From: Alphaproteobacteria bacterium UBA3635
GTDB lineage: Bacteria > Pseudomonadota > Alphaproteobacteria > Rs-D84
Reading direction: 5' to 3'
Length of the DNA: 64,000 nt
Assembly: GCA_002373935.1 (NCBI GenBank)
Contig: DFKW01000004.1
Span: 27,704-91,703 of the forward strand
Positions 9,868 through 19,819 of this stretch are shown here, piece after piece (the stretch's first letter is position 1; the number at the start of each line of letters is the position of its first letter). The notes beneath the pieces are model-generated. The model made no database searches. It worked only from the letters and a program-made list of their open reading frames with translations, and was not told the DNA's origin. Both the position numbers and the translations under genes were made by a program.

Positions 9868-11127
9868 TTGATGAAAAAATTTGCATTTATTTTTGCGTGT
9901 TTGTTTATGCTGGCGGGGTGTGCGGGCGTCACATCCACGCGATTGGACAATGTGCGCGCGTCATTTGCAAATAATAATTTCACGGCATCTGCACAACAAT
10001 TTTCATCATCGAACAACATCGCCGAACAAACAGATTTGGAATTGTTGATAACGGGATATGCTCAATTTTTAGACGGCGATTACGCATCCAGTGATGAAAC
10101 ATTTGAAGAATTTAACAAACGAAATATTGATACCACATCGGGCAGTTTTGTGCGTGAGGCAACAAACATAATTGCGGGTCGTATGTCAACACCGTATCGA
10201 CCATATATGATGGATTCTTTGTTTGTGTCGTATTATCAGATTTGGGATGCAATCGGTGAAAACCGGCGCGATGATGTGCGGGTGATTATAAATCAATCAT
10301 ATGCGCGGCAACAAAAAATGTCACGCGAGTATGCCGATTTAGTGCAAAAAAATTCTGCACGCGGGGCGGATGAAAATAATTCTGAATTGATGTCCGAACT
10401 GGACCGGGCGAAATCAACATGGGGCGCGTATCGCGATATTATGAATCCGGCATTGATGTATTTGTCGGGCATTTGGTTTTTGAATGCGGGTGATTTTAGT
10501 GACGCCGAAACTTATTTGAAACGCGCCGCGGGCATGGTGCAAAACAATTCGTTTATCGCATTGGATTTAGATTTGGCGCAAAAAAATACTCGTCCCAAAG
10601 ACACAACATGGATATTTATTGAATCGGGGTTTGCACCACGTTTACGTGAACAAACAATTTCTTTGCCGGTGATAACGGGTGGTGGCATTATTTGGTCATC
10701 AATCGCGATTGCGGTTCCGGAATTTGGACGCAGCAATATTTCTATCCGTGGGGCAAAACCGTTGGCGGATGTGAATGCGATGTTTATGACCGAATTTAAC
10801 GAATACAATGTAAATGACGCACTGCGCGCGTGGGGTGCGGCATCCGCCCGCACGATTGCCCAGGCCGCCGCCTATAATTCAAACAGCAAATATTCCGGTT
10901 TAATCGGGTTGACATCAACAATATTTTCAATCGCCACAACCGATGCCGAGGTTCGTTCGTGGGCAACATTACCCGAAAATATCAGTGTTCTGCGCATGAA
11001 TACAGGCGACTTGATTACCGGTGGTTTTGGTGATATGTTAAATACAGAATTACCAAAATCTGGAAATTATTTGATATATGTGCGATTGACGGGCGGCACC
11101 CCGGTTGTGCATGTGTTCAAAATTTAA
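9868..11127 (+). CDS. Lipoprotein of unknown function
   Basis: Lipobox MLAGCAG. 419 aa, no motif recognised. Confidence 0.55.
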   Translation: MMKKFAFIFACLFMLAGCAGVTSTRLDNVRASFANNNFTASAQQFSSSNNIAEQTDLELLITGYAQFLDGDYASSDETFEEFNKRNIDTTSGSFVREATNIIAGRMSTPYRPYMMDSLFVSYYQIWDAIGENRRDDVRVIINQSYARQQKMSREYADLVQKNSARGADENNSELMSELDRAKSTWGAYRDIMNPALMYLSGIWFLNAGDFSDAETYLKRAAGMVQNNSFIALDLDLAQKNTRPKDTTWIFIESGFAPRLREQTISLPVITGGGIIWSSIAIAVPEFGRSNISIRGAKPLADVNAMFMTEFNEYNVNDALRAWGAASARTIAQAAAYNSNSKYSGLIGLTSTIFSIATTDAEVRSWATLPENISVLRMNTGDLITGGFGDMLNTELPKSGNYLIYVRLTGGTPVVHVFKI

Positions 11128-11146
11128 TTAAACCAAAGGAGAAAAC

Positions 11147-11752
11147 ATGAAAAAATTATTACCGATTGCACTGTGTGCGGTATTGGCCGGGTGCGGTGGG
11201 ACTCGCGTTGTTGATTTGGACAATGCCCGCGATGTTGCAACCATGCAAGATGTTATGGAATTAGAATATCGCGATTGGGAAAAAACCGCGGCAAATATGA
11301 CCGATTCTATGTTGAAAAGTAATGCGTTGACCGGGGTAAAAAAACCGGTGATTGCGGTGGCGAACATTAAAAACGATACTATGCAACGGTTTGATACGGA
11401 TATTTTAATTAAAAAAATCCGCACGACAATTTTGAAATCGGGTCGCGCCCAGATTGCAACAAACTTTACCGGCGAAGACACCACATCAAACAAAATGCGC
11501 AATTTGCGTGGCAATGACGAATATGATGCGGCAACATTTGCGGCAAAAGGAACATTGGTTGCACCAAACATGTCACTGTCGGGAAAAATGTTGCAACGCA
11601 ATTTGAAATTGGAATCCGGGTGGTTTTCATCGGTTGACACACGCGTAGAATATTATCTGCAACTGACATTGACTGATTTGAAAACAGGCCTTGCCGTATG
11701 GGAAGACGAACAGCCGATTGTCAAAGAAGGCACACATGCCCCAACATGGTAA
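11147..11752 (+). CDS. Lipoprotein, LpoB-like (COG3417, penicillin-binding-protein activator family)
   Basis: Lipobox LAGCGG. VIAVANIKNDT...GRAQIA and YYLQLTLTDLKTGLAVWEDEQ parallel the E. coli LpoB C-domain as I remember it. Confidence 0.45.
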   Translation: MKKLLPIALCAVLAGCGGTRVVDLDNARDVATMQDVMELEYRDWEKTAANMTDSMLKSNALTGVKKPVIAVANIKNDTMQRFDTDILIKKIRTTILKSGRAQIATNFTGEDTTSNKMRNLRGNDEYDAATFAAKGTLVAPNMSLSGKMLQRNLKLESGWFSSVDTRVEYYLQLTLTDLKTGLAVWEDEQPIVKEGTHAPTW

Positions 11753-11790
11753 TCCGTCTCTGCGTCCCGCAGAGCCGCGATATATCAAAC

Positions 11791-11826
11791 AAAAAACACC
11801 GGCAAACACCGGTGTATTTTTTTTTA
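11791..11826. terminator. Bidirectional terminator, CACCGGTG-family hairpin
   Basis: aaaaaacaccggcaaacaccggtgtattttttttt. Confidence 0.7.
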
Positions 11827-12420
11827 CAGCAAGCACGCTAGCGTTGCGCCGGCGTTTTTCAACATAAACCATCCCGGTCTGTAATCACTGATATAAATAG
11901 TCATAATAAATACAGCCAAGATTCCAATTACAATCATAACATTTATGCGGTTGCCGCGCATGCAATAAACCGATATACAATACAGCATATACAACACCCA
12001 CGCATCGACAAAGATACTAATCACCCATATTGACCAACAATTAAATGCGCAAGAATTTAACAGCAATATCGCCGGATACATGAAAAACACGGATGCCAGA
12101 CCCTTAATCGCGATTTCCCAATCGCGTTCACCACCCGTGATTTCGGATATCAACATCAACAATCCACCCATCACAAACAGCAACGCCACCGCCAACACCG
12201 GCACAATTATCAACGCGGTAAACACCGATGTAATTGTCACCGTCGCGCCACCAATCAATCGAAATGCCAATACCAGCACCCCACCAATCAAACCATAGAT
12301 AAACGCGCGCAACATGGATTCTTCCAAATCACCATCGGCAACGATTTTTTTGAAAAAACTTTTGGGGTTTAATACCGCATCGCGAATATTTGTGAAAAAT
12401 TTTTTTGTTTTGTAATGCAT
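11824..12420 (-). CDS. Yip1-like integral membrane protein
   Basis: 198 aa, about 5 TM helices, N-terminal cytosolic segment. Fold call by topology only. Confidence 0.45.
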   Translation of the reverse strand: MHYKTKKFFTNIRDAVLNPKSFFKKIVADGDLEESMLRAFIYGLIGGVLVLAFRLIGGATVTITSVFTALIIVPVLAVALLFVMGGLLMLISEITGGERDWEIAIKGLASVFFMYPAILLLNSCAFNCWSIWVISIFVDAWVLYMLYCISVYCMRGNRINVMIVIGILAVFIMTIYISDYRPGWFMLKNAGATLACLL

Positions 12421-12490
12421 ATTTACCTCCCCTGGGATTTGCTTATTTATATTTTTGCTTTATAATTATAAAAAATCAATGGAAAAAAAC

Positions 12491-13828
12491 ATGATGAAAG
12501 TTATAATCACGGGTCGTCCAAACACGGGCAAATCAACATTATTTAACGCGCTGACAGGGTCGCGCGACGCGATTGTGCATGACCGTCCGGGTGTCACGCG
12601 CGATGTTGTTGGTGGACGCTTTCATGACCGACCGTATGAATTATTTGATACCGCCGGATTGGAAAATGCAAAAAATGGTATTGCATTGGATTCGACAAAT
12701 ATGGCGTTAAATGCCATCGCGACGGCGGACGCGGTTTTGTTCATGGTTGATGGACGCGTGGGTTTGACCGCCGCGGATATTAGTTGGGCAAAATTGATTC
12801 ATCGCAAAACAAAATCGCCAATATTGTTGTTGGTGAATAAATCTGAATCTGCAAAAAGATTGGGCGATGTGAACGAATTTTATAAACTGGGGTGTGGCGC
12901 GCCACACATGATTTCGGCGGAACATAAACGCGGAATTGATGATATTTATGAATTTTTGGATAAAATCGCCGCGGACAAAAATATCAATATCGATGCAGAT
13001 GTGACGGATTTGGACCCACGCATTAAAATCGCGGTTTTGGGTCAACCAAATGTTGGAAAATCTACATTTGTAAATCGCGTGTTGGGGGAACGGCGTCAAA
13101 TTGTGATGGATGCGCCCGGCATTACGCGCGACACGGTTAAAATACCAACGCATTTTTATGGTCGCGACATTGTGTTGATGGACACCGCCGGTTTGCGGCG
13201 AAAATCGGGCGTGACCGACGATGTTGAAACATTGTCTGCATTAAAGGCATTGGACGCGATTGAAAAATCGGATGTTGTGATATTGGTTGTGGACGCAACA
13301 AAAAATATCGAGAACCAGGCACTGGGTATCGCGGCGCGTGTGTATGACGCGGGAAAAATTTTATGTGTTGCGTTGAATAAATGGGATTTAATTGAACCAG
13401 AGATTCGGGACGAAAAATTACTGAAATTAAAACATCAGTTTTCAAATTCTTTTCATCAAATTATCAAACCGTTAATTTTGGCGATGTCGGCGGAACGCGG
13501 CACGGGTGTTCAAAATATGTTCAAACGAATTTATGAACAATACGATATTGCATCCGCCCCGGTCCCAACCAGTTTGTTAAACCGGATTGTTGAAAAATTG
13601 GTAGAACAACGCCAGCCACCCATGTCGCGATTAAAACGCGCGATGAAAATCAAATTTGCGCGCCAGGTTGGTCGTTATCCAATGCGTGTGCGCATAAATG
13701 TTGGTGGCGCGTCCGATATACCGGAATCTTATACACGGTATTTGCGGCGCGGGATTGCGACGGCGTTGCACTGGGAACACTTACCGATTGTGATTGAATA
13801 TGAAAAGGCGGAAAATCCGTTTGATTGA
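12491..13828 (+). CDS. der: Ribosome-associated GTPase Der (EngA), tandem GTPase domains
   Basis: Two G1 motifs GRPNTGKSTLFN and GQPNVGKSTFVN, DTAG twice, KH-like C-terminus. Start taken at MMKVIITG; the ORF track has a 12-aa extension. Confidence 0.9.
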   Translation: MMKVIITGRPNTGKSTLFNALTGSRDAIVHDRPGVTRDVVGGRFHDRPYELFDTAGLENAKNGIALDSTNMALNAIATADAVLFMVDGRVGLTAADISWAKLIHRKTKSPILLLVNKSESAKRLGDVNEFYKLGCGAPHMISAEHKRGIDDIYEFLDKIAADKNINIDADVTDLDPRIKIAVLGQPNVGKSTFVNRVLGERRQIVMDAPGITRDTVKIPTHFYGRDIVLMDTAGLRRKSGVTDDVETLSALKALDAIEKSDVVILVVDATKNIENQALGIAARVYDAGKILCVALNKWDLIEPEIRDEKLLKLKHQFSNSFHQIIKPLILAMSAERGTGVQNMFKRIYEQYDIASAPVPTSLLNRIVEKLVEQRQPPMSRLKRAMKIKFARQVGRYPMRVRINVGGASDIPESYTRYLRRGIATALHWEHLPIVIEYEKAENPFD

Positions 13829-13863
13829 TATAGAAAAATCTATATCAATTCGTCTATCCGTCT

Positions 13864-13898
13864 AAAAAAAACACCGGTGTTTATCGGTGTTTTTTTTG
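13864..13898. terminator. Bidirectional terminator, CACCGGTG-family hairpin
   Basis: aaaaaaaacaccggtgtttatcggtgtttttttt. Confidence 0.7.
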
Positions 13899-13934
13899 AC
13901 CCCCGCAAAATTCAAACAGAATTTTGTATAAAAC

Positions 13935-14234
13935 CTAGAACGGTAAATTGACGCCATTTGTTGCGTCAGCCATCGTTTTGTCGATTATGGTATCTGCCTT
14001 GGCCTTGGCATCAATAAACGCGTCACGGACGATTTTTGACAGGTTTTCAGCCCCATTTTTCATCGCCGCATCCGATATAATAACATCCACCACATCATAT
14101 TTCGCCGTCATATCGATGATAACCGCACCATTTCCGGCGATACCTTTGACATTTATTTTGCCTAAATTATCCTGGGCGGCGGCAACACGCGATTGCAGTT
14201 CGCGCGCCTGGGCCATCATTGCATCTAAATCCAT
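13935..14234 (-). CDS. ybaB: Nucleoid-associated protein YbaB/EbfC
   Basis: 99 aa, MDLDAMMAQARELQSRVAAAQDNL...GNGAVIIDMTAKYDV is the YbaB family. Confidence 0.85.
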   Translation of the reverse strand: MDLDAMMAQARELQSRVAAAQDNLGKINVKGIAGNGAVIIDMTAKYDVVDVIISDAAMKNGAENLSKIVRDAFIDAKAKADTIIDKTMADATNGVNLPF

Positions 14235-14280
14235 TATTTTGTCCTTTGTTTTTTTATATATGTTTTTTTATATAAAACTC

Positions 14281-14308
14281 CAAAAACAAAGCCCACCGGG
14301 GTGGGCTT
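14281..14308 (-). terminator. pnp terminator
   Basis: agcccaccccggtgggct followed by ttgtttttgg on the minus strand. Confidence 0.6.
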
Positions 14309-14316
14309 AGGTTTCT

Positions 14317-16524
14317 TTATTTTGCCGGCTTTTTGATTTCTTCACCTGTTTCTTGGTCAATGCCCTTCATACTCAGGTGAGTTTTGCCGCGTTCGTCCGT
14401 ACCGTCAAACCGGACCCAAACGCTATCGCCCTCTTTCAAATTGGCATCTTCAATTTTTTTCAGATGCTTTCCGGTAATATCGGAAATATGCACCATCGAT
14501 TCATTATTACCCATGAATTTCACGAAAATACCAAAGTTTTTCACACCACTGACAACACCGCGGTATATTTTGCCGGCCTCGGGTTCGGCGACAATTTCCT
14601 TGATACGCGCCATTGCGGCATCGGCATCTTCGGATGTTGTTGCCAAAATTTTGACCGTGCCGTCATCATCCAAATCGATGGTTGTGTTTGTATCACGAAC
14701 CAATGCCTGGATAACAACACCGCCCTTGCCAATAACATCGCGGATTTTTTCAGGATTGATTTGCATTGTGTAAACCTGGGGTGCGAATTCAGACACATTT
14801 TCACGTGGCGCCGCAATCGCATTTTCGATTTTACCCAAAATGTGCATACGACCGTCGCGTGCCTGGGCCAATGCATGTTTCATAATATCAAAAGTAATTG
14901 ATGTAATTTTGATATCCATTTGCAACGCGGTGATACCGTCCTTGGTTCCGGTGACCTTGAAATCCATATCGCCCAAGTGGTCTTCGTCGCCCAAAATATC
15001 GGTCAAAATGGCGTAATCATCACCCTCTTTGATTAAACCCATGGCGATACCGGCAACCGGGCGGGTAAGAGGCACACCACCATCCATCATCGCCAATGTT
15101 GCACCACATGTTGTCGCCATAGATGACGAACCATTTGATTCCAAAATATCGGAACATACGCGCACAACATAATCAAACTTTTCGCGCGATGGCATCATTG
15201 GGTGCAACGCACGCCATGCCAAATTACCATGTCCCAATTCACGACGACCGGGGGATTTCAGACCCTTGGCCTCGCCCACGGAATAACCCGGGAAATTATA
15301 GTTCAAAATGAAATCGCGTTCATCGGAACCATCCAAAGATTCAATTGGCAATGCGTCTTTGCCGCCACCCAATGTCATGGACACCAATGCCTGGGTTTCA
15401 CCACGTGTGAATAATGCAGACCCGTGTGCACGCGGTAATACACCCAATTCAATTTCAATCGGACGCACGGTTTTTGTATCGCGGCCATCAATACGCGGTT
15501 TGCCCGCCAAAATGTTGCCACGCATAATGCGCGCCGTCAAAGATTCCACAATTTCATCCGCCCATGATTCCAATGTTGATGTTGCGGTTGTGGTTTCCGG
15601 AAACAATTCCGGTATGCGCGATTTTGCCGCACTGTGAATTTCCGCCAATGTTTCCAAACGATGCAGTTTTTCTTTAATCAATAACGCATCCGTGATTTGT
15701 TTTTCAAATGACGCAAAATCTTTTTCCATGGCGATATATTCGTCAGAATGTGTCGGTATTTCCCAACGTTCTTTGCCGGCTTTTTTCACCAATTCATTGA
15801 TTGCATCAATAACCGTTTGTTGCGCGTCAAAACCAAATTTAACCGCGCCCAGGGTTGTTTCTTCGTCCAATTCACCGATTTCAGATTCAACCATCAATAC
15901 GCCGTCTTTGGTCGCAGCCACAACCAAATCCATTTCAGAACGCATATCAACATCGCGACGCGATGGATTCAAAACATATTGCCCATCAATGTATCCGACA
16001 CGTGCCGCACCAATTGGGCCGGCAAACGGAACACCCGACAACGCCAACGCCGCAGATGACGCAATCATCGCCAAAATATCAGGTTGGTTTTTACGGTCAT
16101 ATGAAAATACCTGGGCAATAATTTGCACTTTGTTTTTGAAAGTATCCGGGAATAACGGACGAATTGGGCGGTCAATCAAACGCGCGGTCAATGTCTCGGC
16201 GGTTGATGGTTTGCCCTCGCGACGGTCACGGGAACCCGGGATACGGCCAGACGACGCGAATTTTTCCTGGTAATCAACGGTCAATGGAAAGAAATCTTGA
16301 CCTTCGACCGCACTTTTTTCCGCGCATACGGTTGCCAAAACCATTGTGCCACCCATTGTCGCCAAAACCGCACCGTTGGCCTGTTTTGCCATACGACCGG
16401 TTTCCAGGCGCAATGTTTCATCACCATATTTAATTTCAACGGCAACCGGGTGATTTAACGGATGTGCCGCCACATTTTCTTTGTCATTTTTGTCAAATAA
16501 ACCAAATAACATATTTTTCTCCAT
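14317..16524 (-). CDS. pnp: Polyribonucleotide nucleotidyltransferase (PNPase)
   Basis: 735 aa, two RNase PH domains, KH (GKGGVVIQAL) and S1 (GKIYRGVVSGVKNFGIFV) at the C-terminus. Confidence 0.95.
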   Translation of the reverse strand: MEKNMLFGLFDKNDKENVAAHPLNHPVAVEIKYGDETLRLETGRMAKQANGAVLATMGGTMVLATVCAEKSAVEGQDFFPLTVDYQEKFASSGRIPGSRDRREGKPSTAETLTARLIDRPIRPLFPDTFKNKVQIIAQVFSYDRKNQPDILAMIASSAALALSGVPFAGPIGAARVGYIDGQYVLNPSRRDVDMRSEMDLVVAATKDGVLMVESEIGELDEETTLGAVKFGFDAQQTVIDAINELVKKAGKERWEIPTHSDEYIAMEKDFASFEKQITDALLIKEKLHRLETLAEIHSAAKSRIPELFPETTTATSTLESWADEIVESLTARIMRGNILAGKPRIDGRDTKTVRPIEIELGVLPRAHGSALFTRGETQALVSMTLGGGKDALPIESLDGSDERDFILNYNFPGYSVGEAKGLKSPGRRELGHGNLAWRALHPMMPSREKFDYVVRVCSDILESNGSSSMATTCGATLAMMDGGVPLTRPVAGIAMGLIKEGDDYAILTDILGDEDHLGDMDFKVTGTKDGITALQMDIKITSITFDIMKHALAQARDGRMHILGKIENAIAAPRENVSEFAPQVYTMQINPEKIRDVIGKGGVVIQALVRDTNTTIDLDDDGTVKILATTSEDADAAMARIKEIVAEPEAGKIYRGVVSGVKNFGIFVKFMGNNESMVHISDITGKHLKKIEDANLKEGDSVWVRFDGTDERGKTHLSMKGIDQETGEEIKKPAK

Positions 16525-16840
16525 TTTTAGTTTTTTTTCAGATTTTGCGGAGAAAAATCATTCGTTTTTACACTCTGGGAATACGCATTTTTGTGAATAA
16601 AAGTGCAAAAATGAATAATTACCCTCCGCGGTTGGGAATATTATAAATACAAAAATCCCCATTTGCAAATTTTTATTGAATTCTGGATGTTTTTTTAATA
16701 AAATTGCTGTGCATTGGTGTGTTGCCAGTGTGGGTCAAGAAAACCCTTAAAGATATAACTCCGCCACCATGTGGTTGGAGGGTTGCGAATATATTGAATA
16801 AGCGACACTACTTTATATCTTTGTAGTTTTCTTGCCTCCA

Positions 16841-16870
16841 ACCGCGCTTTTTCCGCGGTATTTTTTATTT
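16841..16870 (+). terminator. Plus-strand intrinsic terminator ending a candidate small RNA (about 16740-16870)
   Basis: accgcgctttttccgcggt plus a T7 tract. Upstream, ggttggagg (16773) pairs with cctccaacc (16841). Confidence 0.4.
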
Positions 16871-16883
16871 CAAAGGAGGAGAG

Positions 16884-17102
16884 ATGTCTATTGTTTTAAT
16901 TGATGCGCGTGCCTATGGACAACAGTTGCGCCGGGCGCGCAAATCATTGCATATGAATAAATCGACCGTGGCGGAAATTTTGAAAATATCGTCGCATGAT
17001 TTGTACTTGTATGAAATTGGGCGATTACCAATTCCGCCGGATTTGCTGTGTGCGTTGCTGCATCGTGGATTGGCGTTGACCGCCGTCAAAACACGCAAAT
17101 GA
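16884..17102 (+). CDS. Small XRE-family HTH protein
   Basis: 72 aa. QQLRRARKSLHMNKSTVAEIL is HTH-like. Strong RBS aaggagga. Confidence 0.5.
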   Translation: MSIVLIDARAYGQQLRRARKSLHMNKSTVAEILKISSHDLYLYEIGRLPIPPDLLCALLHRGLALTAVKTRK

Positions 17103-17253
17103 ACACCCCGATTATATTCCCGGCATTTTTGATTTAATTTTTGCCGGGAAATTTATTTTTTCCCGGCTTTTTTAATTTCTTTTTTGCCGGCATTTTTTAT
17201 AAAAAACATTAAAAAAAGCCGGCAAATGCCGGCAAAAATATATTTTTTCAATT

Positions 17254-18132
17254 TTATTTAGTTAATTTATCAACCAATTCTTGCATTTCAATACGCGTTG
17301 CAAATTTTAACACAATCTGCCCTGCCCCGCCACGGCGTTCCACCAATTTTGCCGGAACATGTAATGATTTTTGAATATCTGATTCAATCTTTTTTACATC
17401 CGCCGCCGCAATCGTTTTTGACACATATTCACGGGATTTGCCGGCACGACGAACATTTTTTACGGCAACCGCAGCATCCGCCACCGACATTTTTTTCGCA
17501 ACAATTTCGTTTGCCAATTCGGTTGGGTTTTCCGCCACCGCAATTGTGCGCGCGTGAGATGCCGATATTTCACCACGCGACACCATTTCACGCACGGCAT
17601 CCGGCAAATCAATCAGGCGCATAGAGTTGCGAATATAACTGTCCGATTTGCCGATTAAACGCGATACATCCGCCATATCATAACCGCATTTATCAATCAG
17701 ATTTTTGTACGCGGCGGCCTCTTCAATCGGGTCCAAATTTTCGCGTTGCACGTTTTCAATCAACGCAATTTCCATCGCGTTATTATCATCTAGTTTTTTT
17801 ACAACCGCCGGAATTTCCGTCAGTCCCGCCAATTTAGACGCACGAAAACGGCGTTCGCCCGCCACAATCTCATAATTGTATGGCCGCCCCATTACCGCAC
17901 GCAATAAAATCGGTTGCAAAACACCCTTTTCACGAATAGATGCCGCCAAATCGTTCAATTCGGCGTCTTTGAAAGTTTTGCGCGGCTGGTCCGGGTTGGC
18001 ACCAATTTGCGCCAATGGAATTTGTTTGATAACCACGCGTTCGCCACCGGTTAAAATCGATATATCCGGTATCGCACCCATACCCGCCTGGATATCCGCC
18101 AGACCACGTCCCAATCCAAATTTTGATGCCAT
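17254..18132 (-). CDS. parB: Chromosome partitioning protein ParB
   Basis: ParB box LQPILLR...YEIVAGERRFRASKLAGL, HTH, C-terminal dimerisation domain. Confidence 0.9.
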   Translation of the reverse strand: MASKFGLGRGLADIQAGMGAIPDISILTGGERVVIKQIPLAQIGANPDQPRKTFKDAELNDLAASIREKGVLQPILLRAVMGRPYNYEIVAGERRFRASKLAGLTEIPAVVKKLDDNNAMEIALIENVQRENLDPIEEAAAYKNLIDKCGYDMADVSRLIGKSDSYIRNSMRLIDLPDAVREMVSRGEISASHARTIAVAENPTELANEIVAKKMSVADAAVAVKNVRRAGKSREYVSKTIAAADVKKIESDIQKSLHVPAKLVERRGGAGQIVLKFATRIEMQELVDKLTK

Positions 18133-18137
18133 TTTTG

Positions 18138-18911
18138 TTATTCCCCCTGCTCTAGTTTATTAACAATTTCGGTCGCAACGCGCAAATAACTCTGTGCGCC
18201 GGCCGAATTAAAATCATAAAACAACGCCGGTTTGCCATGGCTGGGTGCCTCGGCCACACGGACATTACGCGGAATCACCGTTTTGAATACCGCATCACCA
18301 AAAGTTTTGCGCACATCGTTTTCAACATCACGCGTCATAGAATACCGTTTATCATACATCGTCAACAACACACCTAAAATATGCAGTTTTGGATTCCATT
18401 TCTGTTGTACAATATTGATAGTACTGACCAATTGACGAATACCCTCCAGTGCAAAAAATTCGCACTGTAGTGGGATTATAACACTGTCGGCGGCATTTAA
18501 CGCATTTAATGTCAAATGTCCCAATGCCGGCGGACAATCCAGTAAAATAAAATCATAATAATCCAATACCGGTGTCAATGCGTCGCGCAAACGATACTCG
18601 CGATTTTCCACATCCAACAAATCAACCTCGGCCCCGGCAAGTTCAATACCGGATGGCAACAAGTGTAAATTTGGCACCGCCGTTGTTAAAATATTATCGG
18701 CGATATTGTCCGTTCCCATAATAACACCGTAAACACTTTGCGAATGCTGGGCCCGAACAAAACCCAACCCCGTCCCGGCATTACCCTGTTGATCCAAATC
18801 AACCAACAGCACACGTTTTTTAATTGCCGCCAATGACGCACCAATATTTATTGCCGTTGTGGTTTTACCCACCCCGCCCTTTTGATTTGCAAATGCGATT
18901 ATTTTAGCCAT
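18138..18911 (-). CDS. parA: Chromosome partitioning ATPase ParA/Soj
   Basis: Deviant Walker A KGGVGKTTTAINIGASLA, LVDLDQQGN. Confidence 0.9.
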   Translation of the reverse strand: MAKIIAFANQKGGVGKTTTAINIGASLAAIKKRVLLVDLDQQGNAGTGLGFVRAQHSQSVYGVIMGTDNIADNILTTAVPNLHLLPSGIELAGAEVDLLDVENREYRLRDALTPVLDYYDFILLDCPPALGHLTLNALNAADSVIIPLQCEFFALEGIRQLVSTINIVQQKWNPKLHILGVLLTMYDKRYSMTRDVENDVRKTFGDAVFKTVIPRNVRVAEAPSHGKPALFYDFNSAGAQSYLRVATEIVNKLEQGE

Positions 18912-19019
18912 AAAATTTCACTTCCTTTTTTCGGTTTTGATGATTGGCAATTTTCCCGATTCGGTCAAGCAATATAAAAATTAAATATAAATTACGCGTA
19001 AATTCAACAAATTAAAACC

Positions 19020-19035
19020 AATTTCACATGAAACA
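19020..19035. promoter_or_regulatory. parS-like centromere site, 14/16 match to TGTTTCACGTGAAACA
   Basis: aatttcacatgaaaca, 110 bp upstream of parA. Confidence 0.45.
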
Positions 19036-19138
19036 AACATATTTTATAAAAAATCACTCTGCCCGGCTTTTTTGTTATTTTTTATCAAAAAGACCGGTAA
19101 AGCCGGTCTTTTTGAATATTTTTATCGTTTTTGCCGGG

Positions 19139-19154
19139 AATTTCATATGAAATT
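19139..19154. promoter_or_regulatory. Perfect 16-bp palindrome AATTTCATATGAAATT, a second parS-like or operator site
   Basis: Seen directly. Shares AATTTCA/TGAAA half-sites with the site at 19020. Confidence 0.4.
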
Positions 19155-19229
19155 ACACACAATCATTTGATTATATTGTGTTTTTTGATTTTTTGTAAAA
19201 AAAATTCCCGGCATTTTTGATAAAAAACA

Positions 19230-19793
19230 TTAAATTGGCCGGTAATTTTTAACATTTATTATAAAACCATCGCCGGTTTTCGAACGATATAATTCAAAAT
19301 CAAAGTTATATTTTTGTTTAGCCGCGTTGATCTCTTCCCGAACATGCGCGCCCTTTAATAAAAACAATTCGTTTTTGCGGCCGCGAACATAATCCAAAAT
19401 TCGCAACAGTGGCGCAAACGCACGCGCGGTAAAAACCGTTTTTTTGCCCCGCCCCATTGTTGCAATATAATCTTCGACACGGCCATGATATATCGTTAAA
19501 TTATCCAAATTTAATTGGGTTTTAACCGCGGTCAAGAAAGATACTTTTTTTGCAATTGATTCAATACATGTGACGCGCCGCCCCAATATTGCCAAAACAA
19601 CGCCCGGAAATCCCGCCCCAGACCCCAAATCGATTATATCCGCATCGTCGGGCAAATATTCCAACAATTGCGCCGAATCGGCAAAATGACGATTTTCAAT
19701 ATCGGCCAAAGTGCTGGGCGCGACCAAATTCATACGCGTTGACCAATCGCACAATAAAATTTTATATGTTTCAAATTTGTCTTTGTTTTCCAT
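19230..19793 (-). CDS. rsmG: 16S rRNA (guanine527-N7)-methyltransferase RsmG (GidB)
   Basis: IIDLGSGAGFPGVVLAI SAM motif, 187 aa, located next to parAB. Confidence 0.85.
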   Translation of the reverse strand: MENKDKFETYKILLCDWSTRMNLVAPSTLADIENRHFADSAQLLEYLPDDADIIDLGSGAGFPGVVLAILGRRVTCIESIAKKVSFLTAVKTQLNLDNLTIYHGRVEDYIATMGRGKKTVFTARAFAPLLRILDYVRGRKNELFLLKGAHVREEINAAKQKYNFDFELYRSKTGDGFIINVKNYRPI

Positions 19794-19819
19794 AAAAATT
19801 ATTTTATCATATAAAAATC

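Noticed and set aside
14353-16273. Multiple plus-strand ORFs (182, 129, 193, 103 aa) inside pnp
   Set aside because: Antisense to PNPase with no independent support.
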